From sequence record SRR20825006_861: a DNA stretch of 61,683 bases. One strand, written 5' to 3'. Each line of letters begins with the position of its first letter. The first letter of the stretch is position 1. The notes under the pieces are model-generated. The model did not search any database. It saw only the letters and a list, made by a program, of their open reading frames with translations, and was not told where the DNA came from. Below are positions 1-10,448 of the stretch, in pieces. Made by a program: the position numbers and the translations under genes.

Positions 1-1002
1 GAGGAACGTCGAGCTGCCGCCGTTGTGGTAAATGACAGGATAAACCGTGCCCGCTGCGACGCCCGTGACGGTGAGGGTGATTTCACCGTTGTCCGAGGGG
101 AAGACGCCGCTCGGTGCGGCAGGATCATCCGTGCCGCCTGGGACAGTTTTTGCGCCATCTTGTGCTTCGCCATTGACCGAGGTGATCAGCGCGACGTTCT
201 CGGATGCGCCCGCATCGGCCGCGCCGTTCTCATCGTTGTCGACGAACGTGCCCGCGCCGCCGCTGACAGTGACGTTGCCATCGACCACGAGCGTGATGCG
301 ATAGGCTTGCTCGGGGTTAAGCCCCGAGACAGTGTAATCGACGGTTCCGTCGACATCGATCGTGGAGTCCGTCGATGGCGACGCCATCGGGTTTTCGGTG
401 ACATCTCCACCTTCGATGGTCAACCCACCGCCGACGACGTGCGTCTCGGTAGGCGCGCCGTTCTCGTCGATCTCGAGGAACGTCGAATCTCCACCGTTGT
501 GATAGACGACGGGGTAGACCGTACCTGCTGCGACACCTGTCACCTCGAGGGTGATTTCGCCACCGCTCGGGAAGACGCCGCTGGGGCTGGCAGGATCATC
601 CATGCCGCCTGGGACGGTCTTGGCGCCATCCTGATCTGCGCCATTGACCGAGGTGATCAACGCGATCTCCTCGGATGCGCCCGCGTCGGCGGCGCCGTTT
701 TCATCGTTGTCGACGAACGTGCCCGAGGCACCGCTGACCGTGACATTGTCTGCCACGACCAACGTGATGCGGTAAGCCTGGTTGTCATCGAGGCCGGTGA
801 CCTTGTACTCGGTCACGTCGCCGACGCCAGCGGTCGTCAGCGAGGATGGCGACACCACCGGGTTATCCATGGTGGTGTTATTTGTCGTCGGGTTGTTGTC
901 TGTGTTGTTTGGCTCGTTGTTGTTTCCACAACCAACGGCTCCTGCGAGGAGCAGCACGCTCATAACAGTAGCGCACTGCAGCCTCCTTGTACGATTCTTC
1001 AT
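1..1002 (-). CDS. Lipoprotein with tandem ~157-aa repeated beta-rich domain (3' end runs off the window; not in ORF track)
   Basis: Manual minus-strand translation from ATG at 1002 (upstream GGAAGAGGG): MKNRTRRLQCATVMSVLLLAGAVGC (lipobox), N/T-rich linker, then two copies of AYRITLVV..NVTVSG..GTFVDNDENGAADAGASE..ALITSVNG..QDGAKTVPGG.DDPA.PSGVFPS, 471 nt apart. The frame is open to position 1. Confidence 0.85.
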   Translation of the reverse strand, partial: MKNRTRRLQCATVMSVLLLAGAVGCGNNNEPNNTDNNPTTNNTTMDNPVVSPSSLTTAGVGDVTEYKVTGLDDNQAYRITLVVADNVTVSGASGTFVDNDENGAADAGASEEIALITSVNGADQDGAKTVPGGMDDPASPSGVFPSGGEITLEVTGVAAGTVYPVVYHNGGDSTFLEIDENGAPTETHVVGGGLTIEGGDVTENPMASPSTDSTIDVDGTVDYTVSGLNPEQAYRITLVVDGNVTVSGGAGTFVDNDENGAADAGASENVALITSVNGEAQDGAKTVPGGTDDPAAPSGVFPSDNGEITLTVTGVAAGTVYPVIYHNGGSSTFL

Positions 1003-1104
1003 TACTTTCCCTCTTCCTTTGAGGATGTGGCGCTTTTCATCTCATCCTGTCCAACAAGCGCTATGACGGACAGGTTCTCGGGTGCCCTTGACCCGAGAAT
1101 CACT

Positions 1105-2613
1105 TCAGGTTGACTCCGTCCTCTTGATGTGAGGGTTGGGGGTCGGTCTGATCCCTGAGCCGTGGACCGGTTTGGCGTCGGGGCGTTGCGCGTGCCGCGC
1201 CGCGTCGCTCTTGAGGTCCCATCGCTCGATCACTCTCATTGTTCCTTGGATGCTGTAGAGGACGACGCTCACCTCGATGTTGTCGAAGTTCCATACGGTG
1301 GCGTAGCGCCCGATCTTTGCTTTCTCGAAGGCTTCTTTCGAGACCTTCTTCTCGCTGCTCGGTGCCCCGAACTTCTTCTCGAACATCGACTTGCGCGCCT
1401 GATACGTTTCGAAGGCCTTGCTCGGGATGCTGTAGCGGTGTGTGATCGAGAAGAGCCCGAGCGGAGCGTTGTCCGCGTGGCTCAACATGATGCGCTCGAG
1501 CTGCCCCGAGTTCGCGTCGCGCTCCGAGACTTGCGCTGGCTCGAGCCCCTTGTTGCAGTCGTAACTAAACGACTCGCGCATCGCGTTGTTGTGTCCAGCG
1601 CAGGAGATGCCTCGCTCGCCGAGCCATGCCTTGATCGCCTCGTCATCCGAGCTGCCGAGCTCGAGCCCGAGGAGTGAGAGCTCCTCGAGTGGTTTGCCCA
1701 GCGAGGGTTTCTTGGCTGCGCTCTTCTTTCTAATCTTTGCCCAGTCGCGCTTGGCGACCTTCTTGATGCCGTTGCCTGGCTTCTTACCTGGTGGTGTGTT
1801 GCTCGCTGGGGCAGGGGCTTTTTCGGTCGAGGAGGGCGCGCCCTTGGAGACGGTATCGGCGATCAATTCGCGCGGGATCGTCTCGCCGGCTTTCGCGCCG
1901 GGTGCCTGCTCCGAGCGTTTCTCCACGGTCAACTTCGCGTCGAGCAGGATCGCGTCGTAGTTGTACCCAAAGCCCAGGCTGTGATCGATGGAGAGCGGAC
2001 CTCTGGCGACGACGACATCGCCGACGTTGGCGTCGACGCTGCTCGTGATCGTCAGGTCGTTGGTCTCTTCATCGCCCGTGCCGTCCTGGAGGTGATACCA
2101 GTTGGTGTCGAAGATGTTCTTGTTTGCCTTGACGACTCGGCCGCGGATGGCGACCTCTTTGTCGGCGAGTGATTCGCGCTTGGCGTAAAGATCTCCGATG
2201 GCGACGCCGTTCTCTTTTGGCGGCGCGAGCGAGATAAAGCGCTTGCTCTCTTCAGGAGTGACGACCTTGATCTCTTCGAGCTCGATGACCGAATCGAACG
2301 TGCGGTCGAGCTTTTTATCGTGATGTTTGGTGAGCTGCGTTCCCTTGCCGAGGAGGACGTGGCTCCCTTTCGAGAGCTCGATGTCCGCCTTGTCGACCTT
2401 GATCCAGAAGGTCCATTGCGCTTCCTTGATCTTGGCGTAGGTCGAGTCACCCCTGGCGACCTCGAGGACCGTCGCGCTCGCGACGTTGGCGACGCGAAAG
2501 CCCGCGGCTTGTTCGGCCGAGATGTCTGCCTTCTTCGACTCGCAGGCGACGAGCGCGAGCGCGAGCAGGGAGAGTAAAGTAACGCGATATATTGAATGAA
2601 TCGTGGCGACCAT
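1105..2613 (-). CDS. Lipoprotein with OB-fold (NrfJ-like) domains and an uncharacterised C-terminal domain
   Basis: Lipobox LALVAC. Motif IRGRVVKANKNIFDTNWYHLQDGTG...VGDVVVARG...LGFGYNY is typical of periplasmic OB-fold/NrfJ-like proteins. ATG 2613 chosen for its GGGGGAAG RBS. Confidence 0.6.
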   Translation of the reverse strand: MVATIHSIYRVTLLSLLALALVACESKKADISAEQAAGFRVANVASATVLEVARGDSTYAKIKEAQWTFWIKVDKADIELSKGSHVLLGKGTQLTKHHDKKLDRTFDSVIELEEIKVVTPEESKRFISLAPPKENGVAIGDLYAKRESLADKEVAIRGRVVKANKNIFDTNWYHLQDGTGDEETNDLTITSSVDANVGDVVVARGPLSIDHSLGFGYNYDAILLDAKLTVEKRSEQAPGAKAGETIPRELIADTVSKGAPSSTEKAPAPASNTPPGKKPGNGIKKVAKRDWAKIRKKSAAKKPSLGKPLEELSLLGLELGSSDDEAIKAWLGERGISCAGHNNAMRESFSYDCNKGLEPAQVSERDANSGQLERIMLSHADNAPLGLFSITHRYSIPSKAFETYQARKSMFEKKFGAPSSEKKVSKEAFEKAKIGRYATVWNFDNIEVSVVLYSIQGTMRVIERWDLKSDAARHAQRPDAKPVHGSGIRPTPNPHIKRTEST

Positions 2614-2827
2614 AAGTGGCGCTTCCCCCCAATAAAACAAGTGAGCCAAATTCGCAGTGATGTCTCGATCCCTTGACCTGGGACACGAGAGGACCAGTTT
2701 CGGTGCTCCTACTTGTTTACGAGCAGGATCAACGAGGAGATCATCGAAGCTGTGAAAAAAAAACTCGCGTCGGGATGTCGTGATGTGTTTCGAGCTGATT
2801 CTAGAAAGATGACCGGGGAGGTCGCGC

Positions 2828-3955
2828 GTGAGTGATTATTCGAAAGAGAACATGTTTAACGTCCAGATGATCGAGGAGCTCGCCGCGCGCATGGTCGCTG
2901 TTCATGAGAGTTTTCCCGCCGAGCGCTTTATCGAGATGGCGAGCGAGGGGCTCGAGCCCCTCGAGCTCAAGGCGCGCTCGGCGCATATCCGGGAGGCGTT
3001 GCGCGCAAACCTCCCCGAGGAGATCGAGGACGCCATCGCCTTGCTCGTCGCGTCGATGGTGGCCGACGGGGACGACGGCACAGGTGGCGTCGAGGGTGTG
3101 CGGGGCTTTCGTCATATGCCCGCGCTCGATTTCGTGGCGGCCTATGGGTTGGAGCACCCCGAGCTCTCGCTCGATGCGATCGAGACGATGACGCTCTATT
3201 TTAGCGCGGAGTTTGCCATCCGCCCGTTCATCAGGAGGTATCCCGAGGTGACCATGGCGAGGATGCTCGAGTGGGCCGAGGCAAGCGATTGGCGACTTCG
3301 GAGGTTGGCCAGCGAGGGCTCGCGGCCAAGGCTCCCCTGGGCAAAGCAGCTCTCGGCGTTTATCGAGGACCCCTCCACGACCGTCGAGATCCTCGATCTG
3401 CTCTACGATGACTCCTCGCTGACCGTCAGGCGCTCGGCGGCAAATCACCTCAATGATATCTCGCGTGATAACCCCGATGTGACCATCGAGGTCGCGCGCC
3501 GCTGGATGGAGGATGCCAGCGAGGGGGCCGCCTGGACCGTCAAGCACGCGCTGCGCACGCTGGTCAAGAAGGGGAACGCAGACGCGCTCGCCATTCTAGG
3601 CTTTGCTGGCGGTGACGCGGTGGAGGTCGATGACTTCTCGCTGGAGCCTCCCGAGGTCAAGCTCGGTGAGGAGGTGACGTTCTCATTCTCGCTCGCCTTG
3701 GCAGAGGAAGAGGAAGAAGAGGTGTCCCTGGTGGTCGACTACGCCCTCCATCGCGCGCTCAAAAACGACCGGGTCGGGCGCAAGGTCTTCAAACTCGGCA
3801 AGCTCGATCTTTCGCCGGGCGCCACGGCGACCTTCGAGAAGAAGCACGCCTTCAAGCAACTCTCCACGCGCACTTATTATGCTGGCGAGCACAAGATCGA
3901 GATCCTTATCAATGGTCGCTCCGCTGGCATCTGGAGCTTTGACGTGGTCGAATGA
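2828..3955 (+). CDS. alkC: AlkC-type 3-methyladenine DNA glycosylase (HEAT-like repeats plus C-terminal Ig-like domain)
   Basis: Motifs [57 protein letters not shown] and [21 protein letters not shown] start with GGGGAGG RBS. Confidence 0.85.
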   Translation: MSDYSKENMFNVQMIEELAARMVAVHESFPAERFIEMASEGLEPLELKARSAHIREALRANLPEEIEDAIALLVASMVADGDDGTGGVEGVRGFRHMPALDFVAAYGLEHPELSLDAIETMTLYFSAEFAIRPFIRRYPEVTMARMLEWAEASDWRLRRLASEGSRPRLPWAKQLSAFIEDPSTTVEILDLLYDDSSLTVRRSAANHLNDISRDNPDVTIEVARRWMEDASEGAAWTVKHALRTLVKKGNADALAILGFAGGDAVEVDDFSLEPPEVKLGEEVTFSFSLALAEEEEEEVSLVVDYALHRALKNDRVGRKVFKLGKLDLSPGATATFEKKHAFKQLSTRTYYAGEHKIEILINGRSAGIWSFDVVE

Positions 3956-4059
3956 GTCGGTTTCGTCACGAGGTTGTCACTATTCGGATGCGAGAACCCG
4001 AGATATATTCTCCAGTTGTGTTGGATAAACGCCCCTTTTCGGGGGATTGCGAGCCGATC

Positions 4060-4395
4060 ATGGATAATGAAGAGAAGCGGTGTTGCCCCCCGGCCACACC
4101 AAAGCCAGAGCTGCCCGGTGACGACGATGAGCTCAATGAACGCCTGGCAGAGCTCGCCAAGGCGCTCGGCCACCCGGCCAGAGTCGCCATCCTCAAGCTC
4201 CTTATGTCTCGCGACTCCTGCATCTGTGGTGAGATCGTCGAGCAAATCCCGCTCGCTCAGTCCACCGTCTCACAGCATCTCAAGAAGATGCGTGACGCGG
4301 GCCTGATTCGGGGCGATGTCGATGGGCCAAGGGTTTGTTATTGCGTCGAGCCGGGCACCGTCGAGCTCTTCAAGGACATGGTCGCGCTGCTATAG
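4060..4395 (+). CDS. ArsR/SmtB family transcriptional repressor
   Basis: [14 protein letters not shown]...CICGEIV...[11 protein letters not shown]...GPRVCYC winged helix with Cys pairs. ATG 4060 is preferred over the ORF-track start. Confidence 0.88.
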   Translation: MDNEEKRCCPPATPKPELPGDDDELNERLAELAKALGHPARVAILKLLMSRDSCICGEIVEQIPLAQSTVSQHLKKMRDAGLIRGDVDGPRVCYCVEPGTVELFKDMVALL

Positions 4396-4704
4396 CGCGC
4401 GGCGTCCGAAGTCCTGCCTCTTTTTTTACCACATTTGTGACCTCGGCTTCTCGAAACGGGTCGATACCCTCGCCAGAGAAAAGATCACCCTCGCGCGCGA
4501 AATCTGTTGCGCCGCCAGAGTGATTCTGTTCTTTTTGGGTCGTTGTTTGTTTCCGACCTGTTAGTCGGAAGTTTGCCCCCGAAGTGCTCGGGGCGATCAT
4601 GAGCGGCTGTATTCAGGATGTTCTCTCCTGAATCTTTGCCCCGAGTGCTCGGCGCGTGTCCTCGATCGGGACGTGTCCGCGCGAGGGTCGCTGGTGAAAC
4701 AGAG

Positions 4705-5475
4705 ATGGACATACTGTTGGGCGGCGAGCAGCTGATCTTGCTCGCGGTGCTCGTGACGGCGGGGATGGTCGTGCAAACGGCCACGGGCTTTGGCGCCAAC
4801 CTCGTCATTATCTCCATCGGCGCGAGCATGATGCCGGTTCAGGAGCTTGTCTCCGTGATCCTGCCTGCGAACGTCTTGCAATCCTTGATTATCGCGATCC
4901 GTCAGGGCCACCTGGCGCGCTGGAGCCTGCTGACAAGGCGCGTGCTGCCGTTGATGGCGGTGGGCCTGGTGCTCGGCCTCGGGCTCGCCTATCTCATCGC
5001 GGGGGAGTGGCTCAAGGCCGCGCTCGGCGCGTTTATCCTGGCGGTCAGCATCGACAAGTTGCGCGAGCTCTTCTGGGATCGCGCTCCTTTGGTGGTGAAG
5101 GAGGAGCCTGATGACGCGGCGGTGCCCGCCTTCGGGTTGGTGCTCGCGGGTGTTTTCCACGGGTTGTACGCGACGGCGGGTCCGATGCTCGTGTGGTCGC
5201 TCGCGCGCGCGAAGCTCGATCACCTCGTGTTGCGAAGCACGCTGGCGATGATCTGGATTTCGATGAACGCCATCCTCGCCACAGGGCTCGTGCTCGGAGG
5301 CGTGATGCGGATGCCGCAGCTTACCCTCGGGGTGTTGCTCTTGCCTGCGCTGGGGCTCGGGTACTTGCTCGGCGAGCAGGTGCAGAAGAGGCTCCCCGAG
5401 CGCAAGCTGCGTGGGTTGATTTACAGCGTCTTGCTGCTCGCGGGCCTGTCTCTTCTCTACAAGGGGCTCTTCTAG
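4705..5475 (+). CDS. TauE/SafE (TSUP) family membrane transporter
   Basis: About 8 hydrophobic segments; motifs AGMVVQTATGFG and GVFHGLYATAGP. Confidence 0.8.
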   Translation: MDILLGGEQLILLAVLVTAGMVVQTATGFGANLVIISIGASMMPVQELVSVILPANVLQSLIIAIRQGHLARWSLLTRRVLPLMAVGLVLGLGLAYLIAGEWLKAALGAFILAVSIDKLRELFWDRAPLVVKEEPDDAAVPAFGLVLAGVFHGLYATAGPMLVWSLARAKLDHLVLRSTLAMIWISMNAILATGLVLGGVMRMPQLTLGVLLLPALGLGYLLGEQVQKRLPERKLRGLIYSVLLLAGLSLLYKGLF

Positions 5476-5554
5476 ATCACTGATGATTCGCGTCGAGTTG
5501 ACACAGGTCGTGCTTACATCGAGGGCGGCTGGTGAGCCGCGCACATGCTGGCGT

Positions 5555-5643
5555 CCGCGCGGATCTGGCACGAAAAATGAATTTGTTCACTTTTTGGTTT
5601 TTCGAGAGGGATGCAGTTCATTTTTCGTGCCAGATCCGCGCGG
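5555..5643. repeat. Perfect 27-bp inverted repeat with 35-nt loop between convergent genes
   Basis: ccgcgcggatctggcacgaaaaatgaa (5555-5581) and its exact reverse complement (5617-5643). Confidence 0.9.
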
Positions 5644-5676
5644 TGTCGCGCTGGCGCAGCGCAGTTTGCTGGCCTC

Positions 5677-6093
5677 TTATTCCGCCTTACCCGAGGCGCC
5701 AACGCCGGGCAGCGGAGGGGCGACAAAGCGTTGGATCTCGACGCGCCAACCCGCCGGATCACGCGCGAAGAAGTGATAGATGCCAAACCGCTCGTTGAGC
5801 TTCGGGGCATCCTCGCAAGGGATATCCGCGCGCTGGAACGCCTCATACCATGCGTCGACCGCGTCGCTGACCAGCGTGACGATCACGCCGCTCGTATCTG
5901 GCGCGTCCTCGCACTGACAGACCCCGAGGTAGGCGCCATGGCGCACCTTGTAGATGTGGCAACTCCCCTGATCGAGCGCCAGCTCCAGGCCGCACAGGTC
6001 CATATAAAAGGCGTCCATCGCGTCCAGGTCAGTCGCGTAGACAAATGTCACCAGCGCATCCCAGGGGAGGAGGCTGTTCGTGGCGTCGGTCAT
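5677..6093 (-). CDS. VOC/glyoxalase family protein
   Basis: TFVYATDLDAMDAFY..LCGLEL, DAVDAWYE, and HFFARDPAGWRVEIQRF. Confidence 0.85.
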   Translation of the reverse strand: MTDATNSLLPWDALVTFVYATDLDAMDAFYMDLCGLELALDQGSCHIYKVRHGAYLGVCQCEDAPDTSGVIVTLVSDAVDAWYEAFQRADIPCEDAPKLNERFGIYHFFARDPAGWRVEIQRFVAPPLPGVGASGKAE

Positions 6094-6119
6094 CGTGCTC
6101 TCGTCGTCGAAGGATAAGG

Positions 6120-8027
6120 TCAGCGCATGCCGTGACGCTCGAGCATCCGATAGAGCGTGCTGCGCGCGATGCCGAGCAGGCGCGCGGCCTTGCTCAGGTT
6201 ACCGCCAGCGCTCTCGAGCGCGGCTTCCAGCGCGCTCGCCTCCGCCTCGGCCAGTGACGTGGCGCTCTGGGAGTCGGCATCGCAGGAGCTCTCGAGGATC
6301 TCTTCAGCGAGGTGCTCGCGGCGCAGCACGGGCGCCATATCACTCAAAACCCAGGCGACGTGCAGGCTATTCTTGAGCTCGCGGATGTTGCCGGGCCAGT
6401 CGTGCGCCGAGAGCGCTTCGAGGCAACACGGGGAAAGCTCTGGCGGCAGGGCAGGTCGGGTCAATTCTTCGAGGAGGTTGTTGGCGAGCTCCTCGATATC
6501 CTCGCGCTCGCGCAGTGGCGGGAGCGTGAGCTTTGCGCCCTTGAGCCTGTAATACAGGTCGCGCCTCATCTTTCCCGAGGAGACGAGCCCCTCGAGATCC
6601 TTACAGGTCGCCGCCACCACGCGCACGTCAGCTCTCTTCGAGGTCGACTCGCCGACGCGGTAGTACGAGCCATCCTCGAGCACGCGCAGCAACGCCGCCT
6701 GACAGTTGGCAGACATCTCCGCGACCTCATCCAGAAACAGCGTCCCGCCGCGCGCGGCTTCGATCTTCCCCGGCGCGCCTTCAGGGCGCGCCCCGGTGAA
6801 GGCGCCAGGCGCGTAACCGAAGAGCTCGCTCTCGAGCAAATCTCCGCCGAGCGCGCCGCAGTTTACGGCGACAAAGGGACCATCGGCGCGCTGTGAGAGG
6901 TCGTGCACGGCGCGAGCCAGGTGCTCCTTACCTGTGCCCGTCTCCGCGAGCAGCAGCAGCGGCAGCGTGGTTGGAGCGAGCTTTCCAGCGCGCTCCTTGG
7001 CTCGCTCCAGCGCAGGATCGCTCCCGGTCAGCTTGGCAAATGCGCCTCGCGTGCGGGACGGGTAGCGCGCAGAGACGATGGGGCGATGAGGCGTGGGCGG
7101 CTCCAGGAAGACGAGCGCGGCGATGGGGCGAGAGTCCGGGCCGATGCGCTCGACCACGGGTCGCCAGGTGGTGGTCACGCCGTTGACCTCTTTCAGGTCG
7201 ATAAAGGCATCTTCGTCTCGAGCTTGCATCAGCGTATCCCAGCCGAGCCCGCGCGTGCCCATGGGGGCCTGACCGAACCTCGCGCGCGCTCTCTCGTTGA
7301 CCGCGCGCAGCGTCCCATCCGGCTCGATGAGCAAGGCAGGGGAGGGGCAGAGGTCGATCATCTGACACAGGACCTCCAGGCCGCCACGCATCGTCTCGTC
7401 GTAGGCGGCGAGCTTCAGGGCGGATTCTATCGCGCCGCGCGCCGCGAGCACCGCCGCAAGCGCCATCTCCTGAGCGCTCCCGATGTGACTCGTCACATCG
7501 AGCACGCCGAGCAAGTCCCCGTGCGGCGAGCGAATCGGCGCGGCGTAGCAGACCAGTTGGTGGTTCGGGCGCTGCAAGTGCGCGTGTCCCAGGACGACGA
7601 CCTCGCACTGCTCGTCGAGCGCGGTGCCGATGGCGTTGGTCCCGCGCGTGGCCTCGTTCCAGTTTGCCCCCTCGCACAGCTCTAGCTCTTGCGCTCTGGA
7701 CAAGAACTCACCGCCTCCACGTCGCCGCAAGATCACGCCGTCCTTGTCTGCCCAGACGCCGACGAAGCCGCCCTTGGAGAGGTGCGCCGAGAGCCCTTCC
7801 AGAACGGGCTCGATGTGGCGCCAGATGCGCTCGTTTGCTTGCTGCCGCTCTTTCGTGGCGTGGGAGCCAAGGAAGGGTTCGACCTCGCTCTTTACAGGGT
7901 TGAGCAGATCCGCGCCCTTGTTCAGCGAGCGCTTCCAACTCCTGGCCAGTGCTTCGCCGATGTTTGGCGTCTCACCGGCCATGAAGTGTTCCCAGGCGCT
8001 CGCTTCGGGTGACTGTAGGTACAACAT
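6120..8027 (-). CDS. AcoR-family sigma54-dependent activator (GAF-PAS-AAA+-Fis HTH)
   Basis: GAF motif GTNAIGTAL; Walker A AETGTGKE; ESELFGY..GAFTGA; LFLDEV; WPGNIREL; C-terminal NLSKAARLLGIARSTLYR. ATG 8027 has a GGAGGAG RBS. Confidence 0.93.
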   Translation of the reverse strand: MLYLQSPEASAWEHFMAGETPNIGEALARSWKRSLNKGADLLNPVKSEVEPFLGSHATKERQQANERIWRHIEPVLEGLSAHLSKGGFVGVWADKDGVILRRRGGGEFLSRAQELELCEGANWNEATRGTNAIGTALDEQCEVVVLGHAHLQRPNHQLVCYAAPIRSPHGDLLGVLDVTSHIGSAQEMALAAVLAARGAIESALKLAAYDETMRGGLEVLCQMIDLCPSPALLIEPDGTLRAVNERARARFGQAPMGTRGLGWDTLMQARDEDAFIDLKEVNGVTTTWRPVVERIGPDSRPIAALVFLEPPTPHRPIVSARYPSRTRGAFAKLTGSDPALERAKERAGKLAPTTLPLLLLAETGTGKEHLARAVHDLSQRADGPFVAVNCGALGGDLLESELFGYAPGAFTGARPEGAPGKIEAARGGTLFLDEVAEMSANCQAALLRVLEDGSYYRVGESTSKRADVRVVAATCKDLEGLVSSGKMRRDLYYRLKGAKLTLPPLREREDIEELANNLLEELTRPALPPELSPCCLEALSAHDWPGNIRELKNSLHVAWVLSDMAPVLRREHLAEEILESSCDADSQSATSLAEAEASALEAALESAGGNLSKAARLLGIARSTLYRMLERHGMR

Positions 8028-8098
8028 GGCCGCTCCTCCCTGTGATGGGTCCCATGGGGGCAATTATACCAATGGTAGACGCGCGCAACAACGCTGCG

Positions 8099-8121
8099 AG
8101 TTGTAGCGATTCGCTACAACT
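8099..8121. promoter_or_regulatory. Putative upstream activator sequence for the divergent sigma54 activator
   Basis: Perfect palindrome agttgtagcga-t-tcgctacaact about 110 bp upstream of the -24 element. Confidence 0.6.
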
Positions 8122-8229
8122 GTCCGAAGATGCTCCACTTTTTGACGCTGCGCACGATCCGGGGCGGATCTGCCGTAAGTCTGCTTTTTATAGGGGTGAG
8201 CGGCCCGTTCAGGGGCTGATACAGGGTGT

Positions 8230-8245
8230 TGGCACGCCTCGTGCT
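8230..8245 (+). promoter_or_regulatory. Sigma54 (-24/-12) promoter of the aldehyde dehydrogenase operon
   Basis: TGGCACGCCTCGTGCT has GG-N10-GC spacing, lies 40 nt before the ATG, and is next to a divergent enhancer-binding protein gene. Confidence 0.8.
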
Positions 8246-8285
8246 CTATCTATGCGTACAACCTAAACTGGCAGGAGGCCTTGCT

Positions 8286-9806
8286 ATGACGTACGCATTT
8301 CCAAACTCCGATGGCGCGCTGATCAACTTCAAATCCCGCTATGAGAACTTCATCGGCGGCGAGTGGGTCAAGCCCGTGAAAGGAAACTACTTCGAGAACA
8401 TCACGCCCGTGTTGGGGAAGCCATTCTGTGAGGTGGCTCGCTCGACCTCGGAGGATATCGAGCTCGCGCTCGACGCCGCGCACAAGGCCAAGAAGGGCTG
8501 GGCGATGACGAGCGTCGGGGATCGCGCCGCGATCCTGAACAAGATCGCCGACCGCCTCGAGGAGAACCTGGAAATGCTCGCGGTCGCAGAGACCTGGGAC
8601 AATGGCAAGGCCGTGCGCGAGACGCTCGCTGCGGACCTCCCGTTGACCGTCGATCACTTCCGCTACTTCGCCAGCTGCATTCGCTCGCAAGAAGGCACGC
8701 TCGCCGAGCTCGACGCCAACACCGTCGCCTACCATATCCACGAGCCGCTCGGCGTCGTCGGCCAGATCATCCCCTGGAACTTCCCGCTGTTGATGGCCGC
8801 GTGGAAGGTCGCTCCCGCGCTGGCCGCCGGAAACTGTGTCATCATCAAACCCGCAGAGCAGACGCCGACATCGATCCTCGTCGCGCTGGAGCTCTTCGCT
8901 GATTTGTTGCCCGCGGGCGTCCTCAACGTCGTCAACGGATTTGGTATCGAGGCGGGCAAGCCGCTGGCGAGCTCCGATCGCATCGCCAAGATCGCCTTCA
9001 CTGGCGAGACCTCCACGGGTCGTCTGATCATGCAGTACGCCTCGGAGAACATCATCCCCGTGACGCTCGAGCTCGGCGGTAAGTCCCCCAACGTCTTCTT
9101 CGATGACGTGTTGGCGCAGGATGACTCCTTCCGCTCCAAGGTCCTCGAGGGCTTCGCGATGTTCGCGCTCAACCAGGGCGAGGTGTGCACCTGTCCCTCG
9201 CGCGCGCTGGTGCAGAAGAACATCTATGACGAGTTCATGGATCTCGCCACCGAGCGCGTCAAGCAGACCTTCCCCGGGAACCCGCTCGACCCCACGACGC
9301 GTATGGGTGCGCAGGCGTCCAACGATCAGCTCGAGAAGATCCTGAGCTACTTCGAGATCGGCAAGTCCGAGGGCGCCAAGGTTCGCCTTGGCGGCAAGCG
9401 CGCTCAGATGGAGGGCGCGCTCGCTGAAGGGTACTATGTCGAGCCCACGATCTTTGAAGGGAACAACGCGATGCGCGTCTTCCAGGAGGAGATCTTCGGG
9501 CCGGTGGTTTCGGTGTGTTCCTTCGATGATTACGAGGACGCCATCAAGATCTCGAATGACACGCTCTACGGGCTGGGCGCTGGCGTCTGGACGCGTGATA
9601 TGCACCGCGCCTACAAGGCTGGCCGAGAGATCGAGGCGGGCCGCGTGTGGACCAACTGCTACCACCTCTACCCCGCGCACGCCGCGTTCGGTGGCTACAA
9701 GCAATCGGGTATCGGGCGCGAGACGCACAAGATGATGCTCGATCACTACCAGCAGACCAAGAACCTGCTGGTGTCTTACGACCAGGAGCCCATGGGGTTC
9801 TTTTGA
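8286..9806 (+). CDS. aldB: NAD-dependent (acet)aldehyde dehydrogenase, AldB/ExaC type
   Basis: [29 protein letters not shown], catalytic [18 protein letters not shown] and [20 protein letters not shown] before ATG 8286. Confidence 0.93.
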   Translation: MTYAFPNSDGALINFKSRYENFIGGEWVKPVKGNYFENITPVLGKPFCEVARSTSEDIELALDAAHKAKKGWAMTSVGDRAAILNKIADRLEENLEMLAVAETWDNGKAVRETLAADLPLTVDHFRYFASCIRSQEGTLAELDANTVAYHIHEPLGVVGQIIPWNFPLLMAAWKVAPALAAGNCVIIKPAEQTPTSILVALELFADLLPAGVLNVVNGFGIEAGKPLASSDRIAKIAFTGETSTGRLIMQYASENIIPVTLELGGKSPNVFFDDVLAQDDSFRSKVLEGFAMFALNQGEVCTCPSRALVQKNIYDEFMDLATERVKQTFPGNPLDPTTRMGAQASNDQLEKILSYFEIGKSEGAKVRLGGKRAQMEGALAEGYYVEPTIFEGNNAMRVFQEEIFGPVVSVCSFDDYEDAIKISNDTLYGLGAGVWTRDMHRAYKAGREIEAGRVWTNCYHLYPAHAAFGGYKQSGIGRETHKMMLDHYQQTKNLLVSYDQEPMGFF

Positions 9807-10195
9807 TGGATAAAGCAAACGTACAACGTGTCGATATCACAGAAGCAGCGCGCGAACTCGTGCGCGAACTCACCGAGGAGCACGGTCCGCTGGTCTTCCA
9901 CCAGTCTGGAGGTTGCTGCGATGGAAGCGCGCCGATGTGTTACCAGGTCGGAGACTTTCGCATCGGACAGCGCGACGTGTTTCTCGGGGAGGTCGAAGGA
10001 TGTGAATTCTACATCGGAGGCAGGCAGTTCGAGGCCTGGAAGCACACTCACCTGACCCTCGATGTAGTCAAAGGACGCGGCGCTGGTTTCTCGCTCGAGG
10101 CGCCCCGCGGGGTGCGCTTCCTCACCCGCTCGCGGGTATTCACTGCAGAGGAAATCGAGCAGCTCGAAGAGCCACGTCGCGGTCCCGCCGAGTGA
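9806..10195 (+). CDS. DUF779 family protein
   Basis: HGPLVFHQSGGCCDGSAPMCY...WKHTHLTLDVVKGRGAGFSLEAP; TGATG overlap with the aldehyde dehydrogenase gene, its usual partner. Confidence 0.9.
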   Translation: MDKANVQRVDITEAARELVRELTEEHGPLVFHQSGGCCDGSAPMCYQVGDFRIGQRDVFLGEVEGCEFYIGGRQFEAWKHTHLTLDVVKGRGAGFSLEAPRGVRFLTRSRVFTAEEIEQLEEPRRGPAE

Positions 10196-10222
10196 TCGCA
10201 CAAACGAACTGCTCGGTAGGGT

Positions 10223-10282
10223 ACGCGAAAAAGAGAAGGCGCGGCGTGGGAAATCCCACGCCGCGCCTTCTCTTTTTCGCGT
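10223..10282 (+). terminator. Long hairpin / intrinsic terminator, probably bidirectional
   Basis: 29-bp perfect arms acgcgaaaaagagaaggcgcggcgtggga / tcccacgccgcgccttctctttttcgcgt, 27 nt after the DUF779 stop. Confidence 0.8.
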
Positions 10283-10448
10283 GCTCGCTCCTGTTTCGGA
10301 GTGCGCTTTGGTGTCGCGGTTCCACCTGTCGCCGAATATGGGGGCAGAATGTCCACTGCAAGCGATGCGCTTTTGAATCGCTGACAGGAAAAATCAAAGG
10401 GATAGGTTAAGGGGCCGCCCGATGGTGACGAGATGATCTATCGAGGAG

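Noticed and set aside
25..1113. 362-aa plus-strand ORF
   Set aside because: Antisense shadow of the minus-strand lipoprotein gene, which has the RBS, lipobox and sensible composition.
4060..4395. Arsenic-resistance operon
   Set aside because: Only the ArsR-family regulator is present; no arsB, acr3, arsC or arsM gene is nearby.
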